64,000 nucleotides of DNA, taken from an uncultured delta proteobacterium. GTDB lineage: Bacteria; Desulfobacterota; Binatia; UBA9968. This document shows positions 48,479 through 59,605 of this stretch, piece after piece (position 1 is the first letter of the stretch; every line of letters begins with the position of its first letter). Made by a program: the position numbers and the translations under genes. Location of the stretch: the NCBI GenBank assembly GCA_963737905.1, contig CAVTUQ010000027.1, positions 1 to 64,000 on the forward strand, in the 5' to 3' direction. The notes below the pieces were generated by a model. The model saw only the letters and a program-made list of their open reading frames with translations. It ran no database searches and was not told the origin of the DNA.

Positions 48479-49909
48479 CTAAGGCGTATCGGGATGGCCG
48501 GCGGTCAGAGTTTCTGGGAGATTGCTCTGCGGAAAACGGTTGAGCGCGGCCAACGCCGCGACCTTGTAGCATTCGGCCAAGGTCGGATAGTTGAAAACGT
48601 TATCGACGAAGTAATCCAGCTTGCCGCCGTGGGCCATGACGGCTTGGCCAATATGCACCAATTCCGTCGCTCCTTCGCCGATCACATGCACGCCGAGGAG
48701 CTGCCGCGTCTCCGTGTGAAACAGTAACTTGAGCATGCCTACGGTATCGCCGATAATTTGGCCGCGGGCAATCTCACGGTAGCGGGCGACGCCGATCTCA
48801 TACGGTATCCCATCCCGGGTCAGTTCATCCTCATTGCGTCCGACCATTGAGATTTCCGGGATCGTATAGATGCCATAGGGCAAAAGATGGGATGATGTTT
48901 CACAGACGAGACCGAAAGCGTGACAGGCGGCATGCCGCCCTTGCTGCATGGACGTCGAGGCGAGAGCGGGGAAACCTACCACGTCGCCTACAGCGTAAAT
49001 GTGCGGTACGGAGGTCTGAAAGGCTTCGTTGACCTGCAACCGGCCCCGTTCGTCTGGTTGAATCCCGATGCTTTCCAGGTTCAAGCCTGCGGTGGCACCC
49101 ACACGTCCGATGGAGTACATCAGAAGAGGCGCGCTGATTTTCTTGCCGCTTTTTAGATGGATCGCTACAGAGTTGTCCGGTGACCTTTCAAGACGGACGA
49201 CTTCCTCGTTGAAACGAAGCGTCACGCCGATGCTGCGCATCTGATACTGGAGGGCTTCAATAAGCTCGCTATCAACGAACTCGAGCAAACGCGGGCGTCG
49301 TTCGACCAAGACAACGGGGATGCCGAGGGTGGCCAGAATCGATGCGTACTCGCATCCGATCACTCCACCGCCTACGATGGTTAAGGATGTCGGCAACTGC
49401 TTCAGGGACAGTAGGCCATCGCTGTCAATAATCGATTCCGAGTCGAAAGCGATCTCCGGAGGGCGCGCCGTCTCAGTGCCCACGGCAACCACGATAAAAT
49501 CCGCGGTATGTTCGTTGGTTTCTGAATCTTGCTTGATGGAGAGCCGGTGCGGGTCGAGAAACGCTGCGGTCCCGACGATAAAATCCACGTGATTACGAAT
49601 CAGTTGGTTCTGGATGACTTCCTGCTCGGCCTTTACCACGTGGTCGCAGCGCATGGCGAGATCTTCAAAAGTAATGTCCTTTTTGACCCTGTAGCTGGCC
49701 CCGTACAGATTGCGTTGGCGGAAGCCGGAGAGGAACAGGACGGCCTCCCGCAAGGATTTGCTGGGAATCGTCCCGGTATTGATGCAGATACCGCCGGCGA
49801 CTTTCTTGCGTTCCACAATGCCCACTTTCTTACCGACTTTGGCGGCCTGGATGGCAGCCTTCTGGCCGGCAGGGCCGGAGCCGATCACCAGCATGTCATA
49901 GTGAGCCAT
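48479..49909 (-). CDS. sthA: Soluble pyridine nucleotide transhydrogenase
   Basis: GSGPAG, GTIPSKSLRE, GIYTIPEIS and FNYPTLAE. Confidence 0.93.
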   Translation of the reverse strand: MAHYDMLVIGSGPAGQKAAIQAAKVGKKVGIVERKKVAGGICINTGTIPSKSLREAVLFLSGFRQRNLYGASYRVKKDITFEDLAMRCDHVVKAEQEVIQNQLIRNHVDFIVGTAAFLDPHRLSIKQDSETNEHTADFIVVAVGTETARPPEIAFDSESIIDSDGLLSLKQLPTSLTIVGGGVIGCEYASILATLGIPVVLVERRPRLLEFVDSELIEALQYQMRSIGVTLRFNEEVVRLERSPDNSVAIHLKSGKKISAPLLMYSIGRVGATAGLNLESIGIQPDERGRLQVNEAFQTSVPHIYAVGDVVGFPALASTSMQQGRHAACHAFGLVCETSSHLLPYGIYTIPEISMVGRNEDELTRDGIPYEIGVARYREIARGQIIGDTVGMLKLLFHTETRQLLGVHVIGEGATELVHIGQAVMAHGGKLDYFVDNVFNYPTLAECYKVAALAALNRFPQSNLPETLTAGHPDTP

Positions 49910-49936
49910 CTTGGTCTCCGCGGACTAATGCACCCA

Positions 49937-50887
49937 TCACAATCGCGTTACGACGTCGCCGTCCTTGATTTTTTCGTACGCTCTAAAACCGACAGCAACG
50001 TCCATGATTCCGATTCCTTGGAGCTTATAGAGCGTTATCTGCTTGTCGTCTGTTCGCCCGGTCACCTTCCCAAGTAGGAGACTCGATATCTCGTGTACGC
50101 TGTCCCAGGAGGTGACCTTGTCGCGAAGCGCGCGAAAGATATCACTCTCGTTCACGCACACGGTCTCTTTCGAGGTAATGAAAATCGCAGCGGCCCTGCG
50201 GAGCGTAGTTTCATCGATCTCTTGCCGCGTGCGAGTCCTGTCGCCGTTTGCAATCGAAGTGATGTGAGTTCCTTCCTTCAGCCACTTGCCGTCGAAAACC
50301 GGTGTCCGGGAATTGGTTGCCGTAATAACGATATCGGCACCCTCCAAGGCTTCTTCAGGGCTCGATGCCGCGCTGGCCTCGATTGCCAATTCGCGGTTCA
50401 TCTTTTCAGCGAAAGCGTGACGGTGAGCCTCGGTAGGACTGAAGATTTTTACTTGCGTCAAAGTTCTGACGACGGCAGCCGCCTTGAGTTGCGTCTCCGC
50501 ATGGACGCTACTGCCAAGAACTGCAACCCGGCTGGAGGTCTTTCGGGCCAGGTACTTGGCGCCGATCCCGCCTGCGGCACCGGTTCTGAATTCGTTGATA
50601 GAACAATCCTGAAACAGTATGAGAGGCTCGCCCGTCTCTGCACTGTAGAGGATAACCGTTTCGTGGTGCAACCGGCGATCCAAATCCGTCTGAAGATAGG
50701 CACCCATGACGCCATGGACCGAACCGGGCAAGAGGCCGAAAATCATCCGGTTCGGGTGATGGATTCTCCGGCGCGGCAGATCGAAACCGCGACCGAGAGC
50801 CATTTCTTTCAAAGCCTCTTCAATGGCCGCGATCATCTCGTCGATGGAGACGATCTGGTCGATGGGAGTGTCTTTGAGGAAGAGCAT
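49937..50887 (-). CDS. Ornithine cyclodeaminase/mu-crystallin family protein
   Basis: RTGAAGGIGAKYLA and ITATNSRTPVF. Confidence 0.88.
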   Translation of the reverse strand: MLFLKDTPIDQIVSIDEMIAAIEEALKEMALGRGFDLPRRRIHHPNRMIFGLLPGSVHGVMGAYLQTDLDRRLHHETVILYSAETGEPLILFQDCSINEFRTGAAGGIGAKYLARKTSSRVAVLGSSVHAETQLKAAAVVRTLTQVKIFSPTEAHRHAFAEKMNRELAIEASAASSPEEALEGADIVITATNSRTPVFDGKWLKEGTHITSIANGDRTRTRQEIDETTLRRAAAIFITSKETVCVNESDIFRALRDKVTSWDSVHEISSLLLGKVTGRTDDKQITLYKLQGIGIMDVAVGFRAYEKIKDGDVVTRL

Positions 50888-51051
50888 GTTACTCGAAACT
50901 AAAGGAAGCTTCTCGATTTCCTGAGCCTGCAATAACCGGATGCGTCTTAAAGGTCTTAACCCGAAGTTTAACGCAGTCGGATAAAACCCGTCAATGGAAA
51001 TGCCGGGCGGGTCGGCTGATCTTAACAAAACCCTATGGAAGCGCCGAGCGC

Positions 51052-51738
51052 CTACACCGGGTTGACCGCCAGTTGCCGCTCAAGGCGCCGGGCGTAGCGG
51101 GACATTCCGTAACTACACAGCCAGTAGATCACCGCGATGAACAGGTAGAGCTCGAAGGGTCGAATTTCACGGTTGTTCACAATTTGCGCCGCCTTGGTCA
51201 AATCGACATAGCCGATGATCGACGCCAGAGAAGTGTCCTTGAGCAACACGATGGATTGCGTGACTAGAGCAGGGATCATGTTGCGTAGGGCTTGGGGCAA
51301 AATGACGTGGCGCATCATTTGTACCCGGTTCAGTCCGGTCGCGGTGGCCGCTTCCGCCTGGCCGCGGGGAACGGATTGGATGCCCGCCCTGACAATCTCG
51401 CCGAAATAAGCCGCTTCGAAAATTACGAAGGCCGCTAGAGCCACGCTGTATTCCGGTAGGGATTTCCCGACCACAACCGGGATGATGAACCAGAACCAGA
51501 AGATCACCATTACCAACGGCACGCCACGAAAAAATTCCACGTACAGGGTTGCCGGCACATGTACCCAAGGCGAACGGGCCAGGCGGCCCATACCGATGAA
51601 AATACCCAGAAGAAACCCGAGGATGATAGCAGGGACAGCCAAGCGCAAAGTCCCCCCGGTAAAATGGCCAAGGCCAAGAAAGCCCTGGAAGATCAGAAAC
51701 CGAGCGTTGTTGATGACGACCGTGAAATCCACCCTCAA
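51052..51738 (-). CDS. Polar amino acid ABC permease
   Basis: FRGVPL and AYFGEIVRAGI. Confidence 0.93.
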   Translation of the reverse strand: MRVDFTVVINNARFLIFQGFLGLGHFTGGTLRLAVPAIILGFLLGIFIGMGRLARSPWVHVPATLYVEFFRGVPLVMVIFWFWFIIPVVVGKSLPEYSVALAAFVIFEAAYFGEIVRAGIQSVPRGQAEAATATGLNRVQMMRHVILPQALRNMIPALVTQSIVLLKDTSLASIIGYVDLTKAAQIVNNREIRPFELYLFIAVIYWLCSYGMSRYARRLERQLAVNPV

Positions 51739-52460
51739 AATTCTCCCGTCTGCCTTTTAGCGATCATCCCTGGGATCGCGAATCTTTTCTCCAACTGTGA
51801 CATGGCGGTGGCGAGGGTGAGGCAGAGCACGAGATAGATCAAAGTCCCGGCGGTCAAAGCTTCGAGGGCCTTCGCCGTATAGGTCTCGATCTGGCGCGTC
51901 TGAAATGTTAATTCGGCAACCCCGATCGTCAGCGCAACCGAGGAGTTTTTGATCAGGTTCAGCGACTCGTTGGTGGCGGGGGGAAGGATCAGCCTCAAAG
52001 CGATGGGGATGATGATCAAACGATAAGCTTGAGCCATCGTGAGGCCGGTAGAGACCGCGGCTTCGAACTGCGTTTTCGGAATGGACTGAATTCCGGAGCG
52101 GATCACCTCGGAAAAACGCGCGCCGTGATACACTCCCAGCGCGACAACACCCGCCCAGAACTCAGCGCCATGGTCGAATAGCCACTCCTGCACCGGTTGT
52201 GGCAATAGGGGCGGCACGGCGAAATACCAGAAGAACATCCAGACGAGGAGCGGCACATTTCTAAAAAATTCGACGTAAAAACTGGCAACCCAGCGCAGTG
52301 GCGTAATGGCGACGGTTCGAAGCGCACCGGACAATATCCCGAGGGTGAAAGCGAGCACCCATGCAATAACAGAAATTTCGATGGTCGTGATTAAACCTTG
52401 AAGCAGCCACAGGGCGGATTGGCCGGTCCAAAGCACACTCCAGTCGAGATTGTAGGTCAT
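51735..52460 (-). CDS. Polar amino acid ABC permease
   Basis: FRNVPLL and EVIRSGI. Confidence 0.93.
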   Translation of the reverse strand: MTYNLDWSVLWTGQSALWLLQGLITTIEISVIAWVLAFTLGILSGALRTVAITPLRWVASFYVEFFRNVPLLVWMFFWYFAVPPLLPQPVQEWLFDHGAEFWAGVVALGVYHGARFSEVIRSGIQSIPKTQFEAAVSTGLTMAQAYRLIIIPIALRLILPPATNESLNLIKNSSVALTIGVAELTFQTRQIETYTAKALEALTAGTLIYLVLCLTLATAMSQLEKRFAIPGMIAKRQTGEF

Positions 52461-52470
52461 TGATTAAGAA

Positions 52471-52522
52471 GGTTTCGAGTTTCGGGTCTCGAGTGAAAAC
52501 TCGGAACTCGAAACCCGAAACT
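52471..52522. repeat. Heptamer inverted repeat within the ABC operon
   Basis: gtttcgagtttcgggtctcgag ... ctcggaactcgaaacccgaaac. Confidence 0.75.
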
Positions 52523-53380
52523 TCACTTCGGTACGACCTGCATCTGTAGAAAACGCTTGGCCTCCGGCGTCAACGGATAGGGCACTTCGCCCTTCGGGCC
52601 AAACCACTTGTCGTATATCTCGAAGTAGCTGCCAGACGCGATAGCGTCCATCAGGCCAATGTTTACCGCCTGGCGAAAGTCCGAGTCGTTCTTTCTCATG
52701 GCCATCCCATACGGCTCATAGGAAAAGAATTCGCCGACCACGACCCACTCGTCCGGCTTGGGCGCTTTGGCTTTCAAGCCTGCGAGTTGAATTCCATCGT
52801 TCGTATAGGCCTGCACCTGTCCCTGGACGAGGGCCTGAAATGCGGCCGGCTGATCTGGAAACTCCAACAGCTTGGCACTGGACACGCGCTCGCGGATAAT
52901 CCGTGCGTTGGTGGATCCTTGTTGGGCGGCGATTCGTTTGCCGCCAATGGATTGGATCCCTTTGATGGGGCTTCCCTTCTTCACCAGGAACTGTGCGCCG
53001 GTGACGAAGAACGTCAGGCTAAAGTCGACGCTATCTCGGCGTGATTGAGTATCGGTCATTGTTTCCGCGATCAAATCTACAGCGTTGGACGTGAGCAACG
53101 GAATTCTGGTCTGCGGGGTGGACTCTTTTTTTTCAACTTTGATTTCCTTACCGACTTTTTTCGAAATGGCACGCACAATCGCCTTCTCCACCAGGTCGAT
53201 GGAGAATCCGACCCATTCGTTGTTCTTGTTCACAAACGCGAACGGCGGCGAGCCGGTGCGCGTGCCAATGGTCAATATCCCGGTCTGGCTGATTCTTTCC
53301 AGTGTAGTTTCGGCTCGCGAAACCGCGAGGCTTCCCGCAACCGCGCTAAAGGTAGCGAGGAAGAGTAGCAATCGTTTCAT
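52523..53380 (-). CDS. Polar amino acid (GltI-like) ABC SBP
   Basis: SPPFAF, TRIPLL and EPYGMAMRKND. Confidence 0.92.
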   Translation of the reverse strand: MKRLLLFLATFSAVAGSLAVSRAETTLERISQTGILTIGTRTGSPPFAFVNKNNEWVGFSIDLVEKAIVRAISKKVGKEIKVEKKESTPQTRIPLLTSNAVDLIAETMTDTQSRRDSVDFSLTFFVTGAQFLVKKGSPIKGIQSIGGKRIAAQQGSTNARIIRERVSSAKLLEFPDQPAAFQALVQGQVQAYTNDGIQLAGLKAKAPKPDEWVVVGEFFSYEPYGMAMRKNDSDFRQAVNIGLMDAIASGSYFEIYDKWFGPKGEVPYPLTPEAKRFLQMQVVPK

Positions 53381-53390
53381 ACCATTCTCC

Positions 53391-54119
53391 TTAATGCGAA
53401 AGAATTTTCCCCAAAAACTGCTTGGCTCTGGGTGACTGCGGCGCGCCAAAAAAAGGTTCCGGTTTGCCTTCTTCGATGATCTGCCCTTCATCCATGAAAA
53501 CAACCCTGTGCGCGACGCGTCGGGCAAAACCCATCTCATGGGTGACCACGACCATAGTCATCCCGTCGTGCGCGAGATCCGTCATGACTTCTAAAACTTC
53601 GTTGATCATTTCCGGATCCAAAGCGGAAGTGGGCTCATCAAAGAGCATGATCTTCGGCTTCATCGCTAGGGCACGAGCAATGGCCACTCTCTGCTGTTGC
53701 CCGCCGGAAAGATTCGCCGGGTAGACGCTGGCTTTGTCTGGAATTCCCACGCGGTCCAGCAGCTCTTTGGCAATTTTTTCGGCTTCCCCTCCGGCCAATC
53801 CCTTTACCCTGGTCGGTGCGAGAGTGATGTTCTGCAGCACGGTCATGTGGGGATAAAGATTGAAGGACTGAAACACCATGCCCACATGGGTTCGAAGTTT
53901 CGACGCATCGAACTTGGGATCCGATAGAGATTGGCCATCGACGATGATTTCGCCCGACTGAGTAGATTCCAGCCGATTAATGCAGCGGATGAGCGTGCTC
54001 TTGCCGCTGCCACTGGGTCCGCACACCACCACGACTTCTCCCGCACTGATCTTTAGGTTTATGCTTTTTAGGACGTGGAGTGAGCCAAACCACTTGTTTA
54101 CATCGCGAAACTCGATCAC
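53391..54119 (-). CDS. Polar amino acid ABC ATPase
   Basis: [16 protein letters not shown] and DEPTSALD. Confidence 0.95.
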   Translation of the reverse strand: MIEFRDVNKWFGSLHVLKSINLKISAGEVVVVCGPSGSGKSTLIRCINRLESTQSGEIIVDGQSLSDPKFDASKLRTHVGMVFQSFNLYPHMTVLQNITLAPTRVKGLAGGEAEKIAKELLDRVGIPDKASVYPANLSGGQQQRVAIARALAMKPKIMLFDEPTSALDPEMINEVLEVMTDLAHDGMTMVVVTHEMGFARRVAHRVVFMDEGQIIEEGKPEPFFGAPQSPRAKQFLGKILSH

Positions 54120-54321
54120 GGCAAGAAGATTAATTTTCGACCGTCAAGATTGCAAAATATCGGTTCGCATACTATATGAACAAGGGCATTTTGCAACAGA
54201 CACGAACGCATCCTCTGTAGAAATACCTCGCCTGGACAGGCAGAATTTCGTCTGGCCGGCAACTTTTTATCAAGGTAAACATTTCGCAGAAGAAAAGACA
54301 TAGAAGGGGGCGTAGTCCGGC

Positions 54322-54780
54322 GTGAACATCTACATCGTGCGGCACGGTGAGGCGGTGTCGGAAAGACTGGATCCGGAAAGACCGCTCACTTCGTTGGGGA
54401 GGGAAGAGGTCGAGCGCGTGAGCCGTATGGCGGCGGCCAAAAATATTCAGGTCTCCGGCCTGTTCCATTCCGGAATTCTTCGCGCAAAACAAACCGCGGA
54501 GATCCTGGCGGAGCATGTCCAATTCACCGTTGGCGTACAACAACTTTCCGGCTTGATGCCGCAAGACGATCCCGCCATCGCCAAAGCCGAGCTTGAAGCG
54601 GCGGAGAGTCCCATCATGCTGGTGGGCCATCTTCCCCATCTGAACCGGCTGATAGGATTGTTGGTCGGTGGTGACGCGGAATCGGAAGTGATGGGGTTTC
54701 CTCCCGCGACCATGGTGTGCTGTAGCAATGACGCGTCGAAATGGAAGATCGCTTGGACGCTGACACCGCGGTCTTTGTAA
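54322..54780 (+). CDS. sixA: Phosphohistidine phosphatase
   Basis: RHGEA, RAKQTA and VGHLP. Confidence 0.9.
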   Translation: MNIYIVRHGEAVSERLDPERPLTSLGREEVERVSRMAAAKNIQVSGLFHSGILRAKQTAEILAEHVQFTVGVQQLSGLMPQDDPAIAKAELEAAESPIMLVGHLPHLNRLIGLLVGGDAESEVMGFPPATMVCCSNDASKWKIAWTLTPRSL

Positions 54781-54844
54781 AGCGCGGTTGACCGACGGAT
54801 AGGGATAGTCTAAAAAGGAAAGGTACAATCGAAAGGCATATGCA

Positions 54845-56131
54845 ATGGCTGCAGAGACATTGACAATTATCGACAACCGGACAGGCAAGAAATACGAAGT
54901 TCCCATTCGCAACGGCGCGATTAAGGCCACAGACCTGTTTCAAATCAAGGTTGCCGAGGACGACGGCCTGGTCAGTTACGATCCGGGCTTCATGAACACC
55001 GCTTCCTGCCAGAGCAAAATAACCTACATTGATGGCGACAAGGGCATCCTGCGCTATCGGGGCTACCCCATAGAGCAGATCGCGGAAAAAAGCAATTATT
55101 TGGAAACCGCTTACCTCATTCTTCACGGTGAGCTGCCGACCCAGTCGCAATTGGCCGAATGGACACATAACATCACTTATCACTCCATCATTCATGAAAA
55201 CATCAAGAAACTTATTGACGGATTTCATCATGACGCCCACCCCATGGGCATTTTGGTCAGTACGGTAGCGGCCTTATCGACTTTTTATCCCGGAGCCAAA
55301 AAAATTTTCGACCCACAGTCCCGGAGAGATCAAACCTATCGCCTGATCAGCAAGATGCCAACCTTGGCTGGCTTCGCCTATCGCCATAGCCTGGGCCTGC
55401 CCTATTCTTACCCGGACAACGACCTGAGTTATACCGGTAACTTTCTCAACATGCTCTTCAAAATGACGGAGCTTAAGTACAAACCGAATCCGGTGCTTGA
55501 GAGGGCCCTGGACATCCTTTTTATTCTGCACGCGGATCACGAGCAAAATTGCAGCACCAATGCCATGCGCGGTGTCGGCAGTTCCCAGGTCGATCCTTAC
55601 TCCGCCGTCGCGGCGGCAGCGGCGGCTCTATATGGCCCGCTCCACGGGGGCGCCAACGAGGCGGTTCTAAGGATGCTTATGGAGATCGGGTCGAAAGACA
55701 AAGTCCCCGAGTTCATCAAGAAGGTCAAAGGCGGCGAGGGGCGATTGATGGGCTTTGGCCATCGGGTTTACAAGAATTACGATCCGCGCGCCAAGATCAT
55801 CAAGCAGATTGCTGACCAGGTCTTCGAGGTCAAAGGACGCAATCCGCTGCTTGATATCGCTCTTGAACTCGAACGTATCGCTCTCGAGGACGGGTATTTT
55901 ATCCAGCGCAAGCTCTATCCCAACGTCGATTTTTATTCCGGCCTGATCTATCAGTCGATGGGCTTACCGATGGATATGTTTCCCGTCTTGTTTGCGATTC
56001 CAAGGACCTCGGGATGGATTGCTCAATGGGAAGAAATGCTCACCGATGCGGAGCAAAAATTGGCGCGCCCGAAGCAAGTCTATCTTGGCGCTGAGACGCG
56101 CGACTATGTGCCGATGGAAAAGCGAAAATAG
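54845..56131 (+). CDS. gltA: Citrate synthase
   Basis: HADHEQN, LHGGAN, GFGHRVY and YPNVDFY. Confidence 0.96.
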   Translation: MAAETLTIIDNRTGKKYEVPIRNGAIKATDLFQIKVAEDDGLVSYDPGFMNTASCQSKITYIDGDKGILRYRGYPIEQIAEKSNYLETAYLILHGELPTQSQLAEWTHNITYHSIIHENIKKLIDGFHHDAHPMGILVSTVAALSTFYPGAKKIFDPQSRRDQTYRLISKMPTLAGFAYRHSLGLPYSYPDNDLSYTGNFLNMLFKMTELKYKPNPVLERALDILFILHADHEQNCSTNAMRGVGSSQVDPYSAVAAAAAALYGPLHGGANEAVLRMLMEIGSKDKVPEFIKKVKGGEGRLMGFGHRVYKNYDPRAKIIKQIADQVFEVKGRNPLLDIALELERIALEDGYFIQRKLYPNVDFYSGLIYQSMGLPMDMFPVLFAIPRTSGWIAQWEEMLTDAEQKLARPKQVYLGAETRDYVPMEKRK

Positions 56132-56144
56132 GAAAAAGCCCGGT

Positions 56145-57545
56145 CTACCTTATTCCGCCGCCAAATCCGTTAATGATTATTACTTTCAGCAGCTGACCCA
56201 CCCGAAGGCTCGGGTTTGAAAGGCCGTTGAGTTTCATCAAAGATCTAACGTGTTGACCGTAGCGGCGGGCGATCGCAAAGAGCGTTTCTCCTTTTTTGAC
56301 CTCGTGGGTGAGGAACTGAGCTGGTTTCGTTTCTTGCTCCTGGTAGCTTTGGGCGAATATCGTTGCATGGCCCGCGGGAAGCTTCACGCGGAACGCATTC
56401 TCCTCCGGCGGGGTCTCGCTCCGCAGCAATTGCGGGTTTAGTTCGCGGATCGTTTCGGGGTCGGTGCCCGCCATTTCGGCCAACGATACCAAGCGCAAAT
56501 TTCCCTGGACTTCCATTTCTTCGTAGTCCATCGGGGTTTCATACGCTACGTCAATGAAACCATATTTTTGCGGATCGCTTGCGATCAGTGACGCCGCCAC
56601 GAACTTGGGAACAAAGTTGCGCGTTTCATCGTTTAACTTTGCTTTCGCGCTTAGCGTCCAAAAATCCTTTGCTCCAGAACTCTGCATGGCTTTATCAATG
56701 GCTCCTTGTCCTGCGTTGTAGGCCGCTATAGCCAGATACCATCGACCAAAGTAGTTGTGCAGATCCTTCAGATAGGCTGCGGCAGCCCGGGTTGATTTTA
56801 CCGGATCTCGCCGCTCGTCCACCCACGAATCAATTTTCAAACCGTACCTACGTGCAGTGCCGGCAACAAATTGCCAAAGACCGACGGCCCCTGAAGAGGA
56901 TGAGCTGTGGGTGATAAAACCGCTTTCGATGAGCGCCAGATAGGCCAGTTCTTCCGGGACTCCTTCCTCGTGAAGCACCTGTGCGATCACCGGCATATAC
57001 TTTCCGGATCGGGCCAAGGCCTTTTCGAGATCGTTTTTACCGCTTTTGGAAAATTGGTTGATAAAGTAACGGACCCTTGGGTTTTCAATCACCGCTTTAG
57101 AAAACTCCAATCGACTCCGCTCGACCGGTTGGTCTATTGTTTTGTTAAGATCTTTCTCCAGCGAGTTCAGGAAACGATCTTCTAGACGCGGTCCCGAGAC
57201 CTTTCTCCAGGGCGAAGACTCGTTGGGAGCCGATGCCGTTGTGGCGTTTGCTTCTTGCTGATCCGGATTGAGTGTCGGTTCTATAACGATCGTTGAGCTG
57301 GTGTCGAGTGTGGAAGGCGCCAGCAGGTTTTCTTCCTGCATATCGAGCGGCTGTCCAAGGGCCGTTGCTATGGCTTCATCCCCGATAACGAGTGACGGTT
57401 GGGAAGAGGGGCTGGCAACTTGGTTTTCCGGTGCTGATCCCGCGGAAGCTGGCGTACTGCGCACGAGGGTCATTTGGAAGTGTGCGCAGCCCTGTAAGAG
57501 GCCAACCGCCAAGCCGAGGACTAGAATTTGAGTTCGCGTCGACAT
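56145..57545 (-). CDS. MltD-like lytic transglycosylase with LysM, lipoprotein
   Basis: LIESG, AVGLWQF, AAYNAG; C-terminal LysM; LLQGC lipobox. Confidence 0.9.
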   Translation of the reverse strand: MSTRTQILVLGLAVGLLQGCAHFQMTLVRSTPASAGSAPENQVASPSSQPSLVIGDEAIATALGQPLDMQEENLLAPSTLDTSSTIVIEPTLNPDQQEANATTASAPNESSPWRKVSGPRLEDRFLNSLEKDLNKTIDQPVERSRLEFSKAVIENPRVRYFINQFSKSGKNDLEKALARSGKYMPVIAQVLHEEGVPEELAYLALIESGFITHSSSSSGAVGLWQFVAGTARRYGLKIDSWVDERRDPVKSTRAAAAYLKDLHNYFGRWYLAIAAYNAGQGAIDKAMQSSGAKDFWTLSAKAKLNDETRNFVPKFVAASLIASDPQKYGFIDVAYETPMDYEEMEVQGNLRLVSLAEMAGTDPETIRELNPQLLRSETPPEENAFRVKLPAGHATIFAQSYQEQETKPAQFLTHEVKKGETLFAIARRYGQHVRSLMKLNGLSNPSLRVGQLLKVIIINGFGGGIR

Positions 57546-57788
57546 CGCTTGGTCACCGACAAACTCGCGGAGGGTACTAGAATCGTCGCGGTCGCGCAAC
57601 CCAAAAATGCTTGACAATCACTCGACAGAGTCTCACGATTCCTCAGCGATGCCAAAAAGTTGAAACGAATTGACAGATGGGAGCAAAAAAAAATAAAAAA
57701 TATCTGGTGGATTTAAGTCTGAGCTATGTTTTGACAGGCTCGGTTCATGGTGATAGCTGAAATGATGTTTTTGGCTAATTCGGTAGAC

Positions 57789-58034
57789 ATGTATATCCCA
57801 TCAATCCAGAGAGCATTCTGGCTTGGCCTGGCGTTCTGTTGGCTCATCTTCACTGGGATTGTCTTCGGTGAAGAGATCACAGTTTCTTACGCGGCGCTCA
57901 CGGCTGCTTATATGGTGACAAGAGGAGAGCTGATCAAGGTGGCTAAATTGCCTGAACCCGGGCAGCTGTTTGATTACAGCATCATCAAAAAAGTATATAC
58001 CGAGCTCAAAAAGAGCTGGAAACCGAAGCCTTGA
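57789..58034 (+). pseudogene. Internally deleted NitT/TauT-type SBP remnant
   Basis: Signal peptide plus EEITVSYAALTAAY fused to an SBP-like C-terminus (QLFDYSIIKKVYTEL). Confidence 0.55.
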
Positions 58035-58108
58035 TCTTTAGCGACGAAACGAATGCCTATTTTGACTCCAAGGACGCAGGCTATGGTGGACCAAAGGAAA
58101 GTTGGCGG

Positions 58109-59227
58109 ATGAAACTATCCAACCGGATTGCTCTCGGGTCAAGTGTCCTCGCAGCGTTATGTCTGCCCTGGGTTCTTTTGGCCGCAGACGGACAGACGGA
58201 ATGGGAGCGAACTCTGGCTGCGGCGAAGAAAGAAGGGCCACCCGTTATCGGTATCCCCGCTAGCAGTGAATTGCGAAAAGCCATCGGCACAAGTTTTAAA
58301 GAGAAGTTCAGTATCGATATAGAGCTCTTTCCCAGCCGAGGGCCAGAGAATGTCACGCGCATTATAAAAGAATATAGCGCGGGTGTGCGTTACTTTGATG
58401 TGCTTGTCGCCGGAGGGGCGACACCGCTTGCCATGGTAGCGGCAGGAGCGGCGGACGATTTCCAGCCTTACATGATCCTGCCGGAGGTCAAGGATCCGAA
58501 AAACTGGTGGGGCGGGCATATCTGGGAGGACAATGTCAGCACAAGACGTTACGTCTACGCATTTCTTTGCTACACCAGCGAGACCTTCTGGCAGAACACC
58601 AGTCAGGTCGAACCGCAGGACATGCGCTCCTTCGATGATCTTCTAAATCCGAAGTGGAAGGGCCGGGTCGGTTTTCTCGACCCGCGGAATCCCGGTTCTG
58701 GGCAAAACACTTGGACTTTTCTCTGGAAAGTAAAAGGAGAAGAATTCCTCGGCAAGCTCGTGCAGCAAGATCTCCTGATCACTCAAAACCAACGCCAGCT
58801 TGCCGAAAGTCTGGCCAAGGGCAAGCTCGCCTTTACGATCGGTCTCAGTCATTACAGCTACGAGCCATTCATAAAAGCGGGGCTGCCGGTCAAACCTGTG
58901 CCTGGGATCAAAGAGGGAGCTCATGCCAACAACGGGAGCGGTGTCGTGGCGGTGGTGAAAAATCCTCCGCATCCAAATTCTACCAAAGTATTTATTAATT
59001 GGTTGCTCGGGAAAGAGGGACAGGAACTATACGGCAAGGCGATGCTCCAGGGGACACGCCGGCTCGACGTGGATACGCAATGGCTCAAGGAATCAGGCAT
59101 CGAGGGCTGCAAGGATATCATGGCCGTGGAGGATTATTATCGCCGGGAAACCCACCTGGAATCTTCCGTCAACAAACTCAGAAAGCCGGCGACGGCCCTG
59201 GCTGAAAAACTCTTGAGCAGGAATTGA
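58109..59227 (+). CDS. Fe3+/thiamine-type ABC SBP
   Basis: WERTLAAAKKEG, DLLNPKWKG and PPHPN. Confidence 0.88.
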   Translation: MKLSNRIALGSSVLAALCLPWVLLAADGQTEWERTLAAAKKEGPPVIGIPASSELRKAIGTSFKEKFSIDIELFPSRGPENVTRIIKEYSAGVRYFDVLVAGGATPLAMVAAGAADDFQPYMILPEVKDPKNWWGGHIWEDNVSTRRYVYAFLCYTSETFWQNTSQVEPQDMRSFDDLLNPKWKGRVGFLDPRNPGSGQNTWTFLWKVKGEEFLGKLVQQDLLITQNQRQLAESLAKGKLAFTIGLSHYSYEPFIKAGLPVKPVPGIKEGAHANNGSGVVAVVKNPPHPNSTKVFINWLLGKEGQELYGKAMLQGTRRLDVDTQWLKESGIEGCKDIMAVEDYYRRETHLESSVNKLRKPATALAEKLLSRN

Positions 59228-59280
59228 AGCTAGAGAAGTGAGTGGCTTCAATGTGGACGATGGCTCGGATTGTAAATCGT

Positions 59281-59592
59281 TTATGTTTTAAAATCAGGAT
59301 AGCCGGCCTGGGCGGCTTTTTCTTTGTAATCTTTGACTAACTCTTCTCTCGGCTTCTCGTGGATCCAAACCGCTTCGGTGAAACTCCAGAGCGTGAACGG
59401 ATGGGCGCCCAGGGCATAAAGCTTGCCATAGTCCTTGGTCGCCAGCGCTTCGCGCTCTTCGGGTGTAAACTTTAGCTTCTGGCCTTTCTCCCATTTCTCA
59501 ACAAACCCGCGCGGGTGACTCACGTATTCATCCTCTGCCGACTCGTTCATGTTGACGTGGTGGATGAGTTTGTTCATCAGGTATTTGCTCAT
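59281..59592 (-). CDS. LigA-like extradiol dioxygenase small subunit
   Basis: MSKYLMNKL..TPEEREAL..LYALGAHP. Confidence 0.75.
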   Translation of the reverse strand: MSKYLMNKLIHHVNMNESAEDEYVSHPRGFVEKWEKGQKLKFTPEEREALATKDYGKLYALGAHPFTLWSFTEAVWIHEKPREELVKDYKEKAAQAGYPDFKT

Positions 59593-59605
59593 GGCAACTC
59601 CTCGT

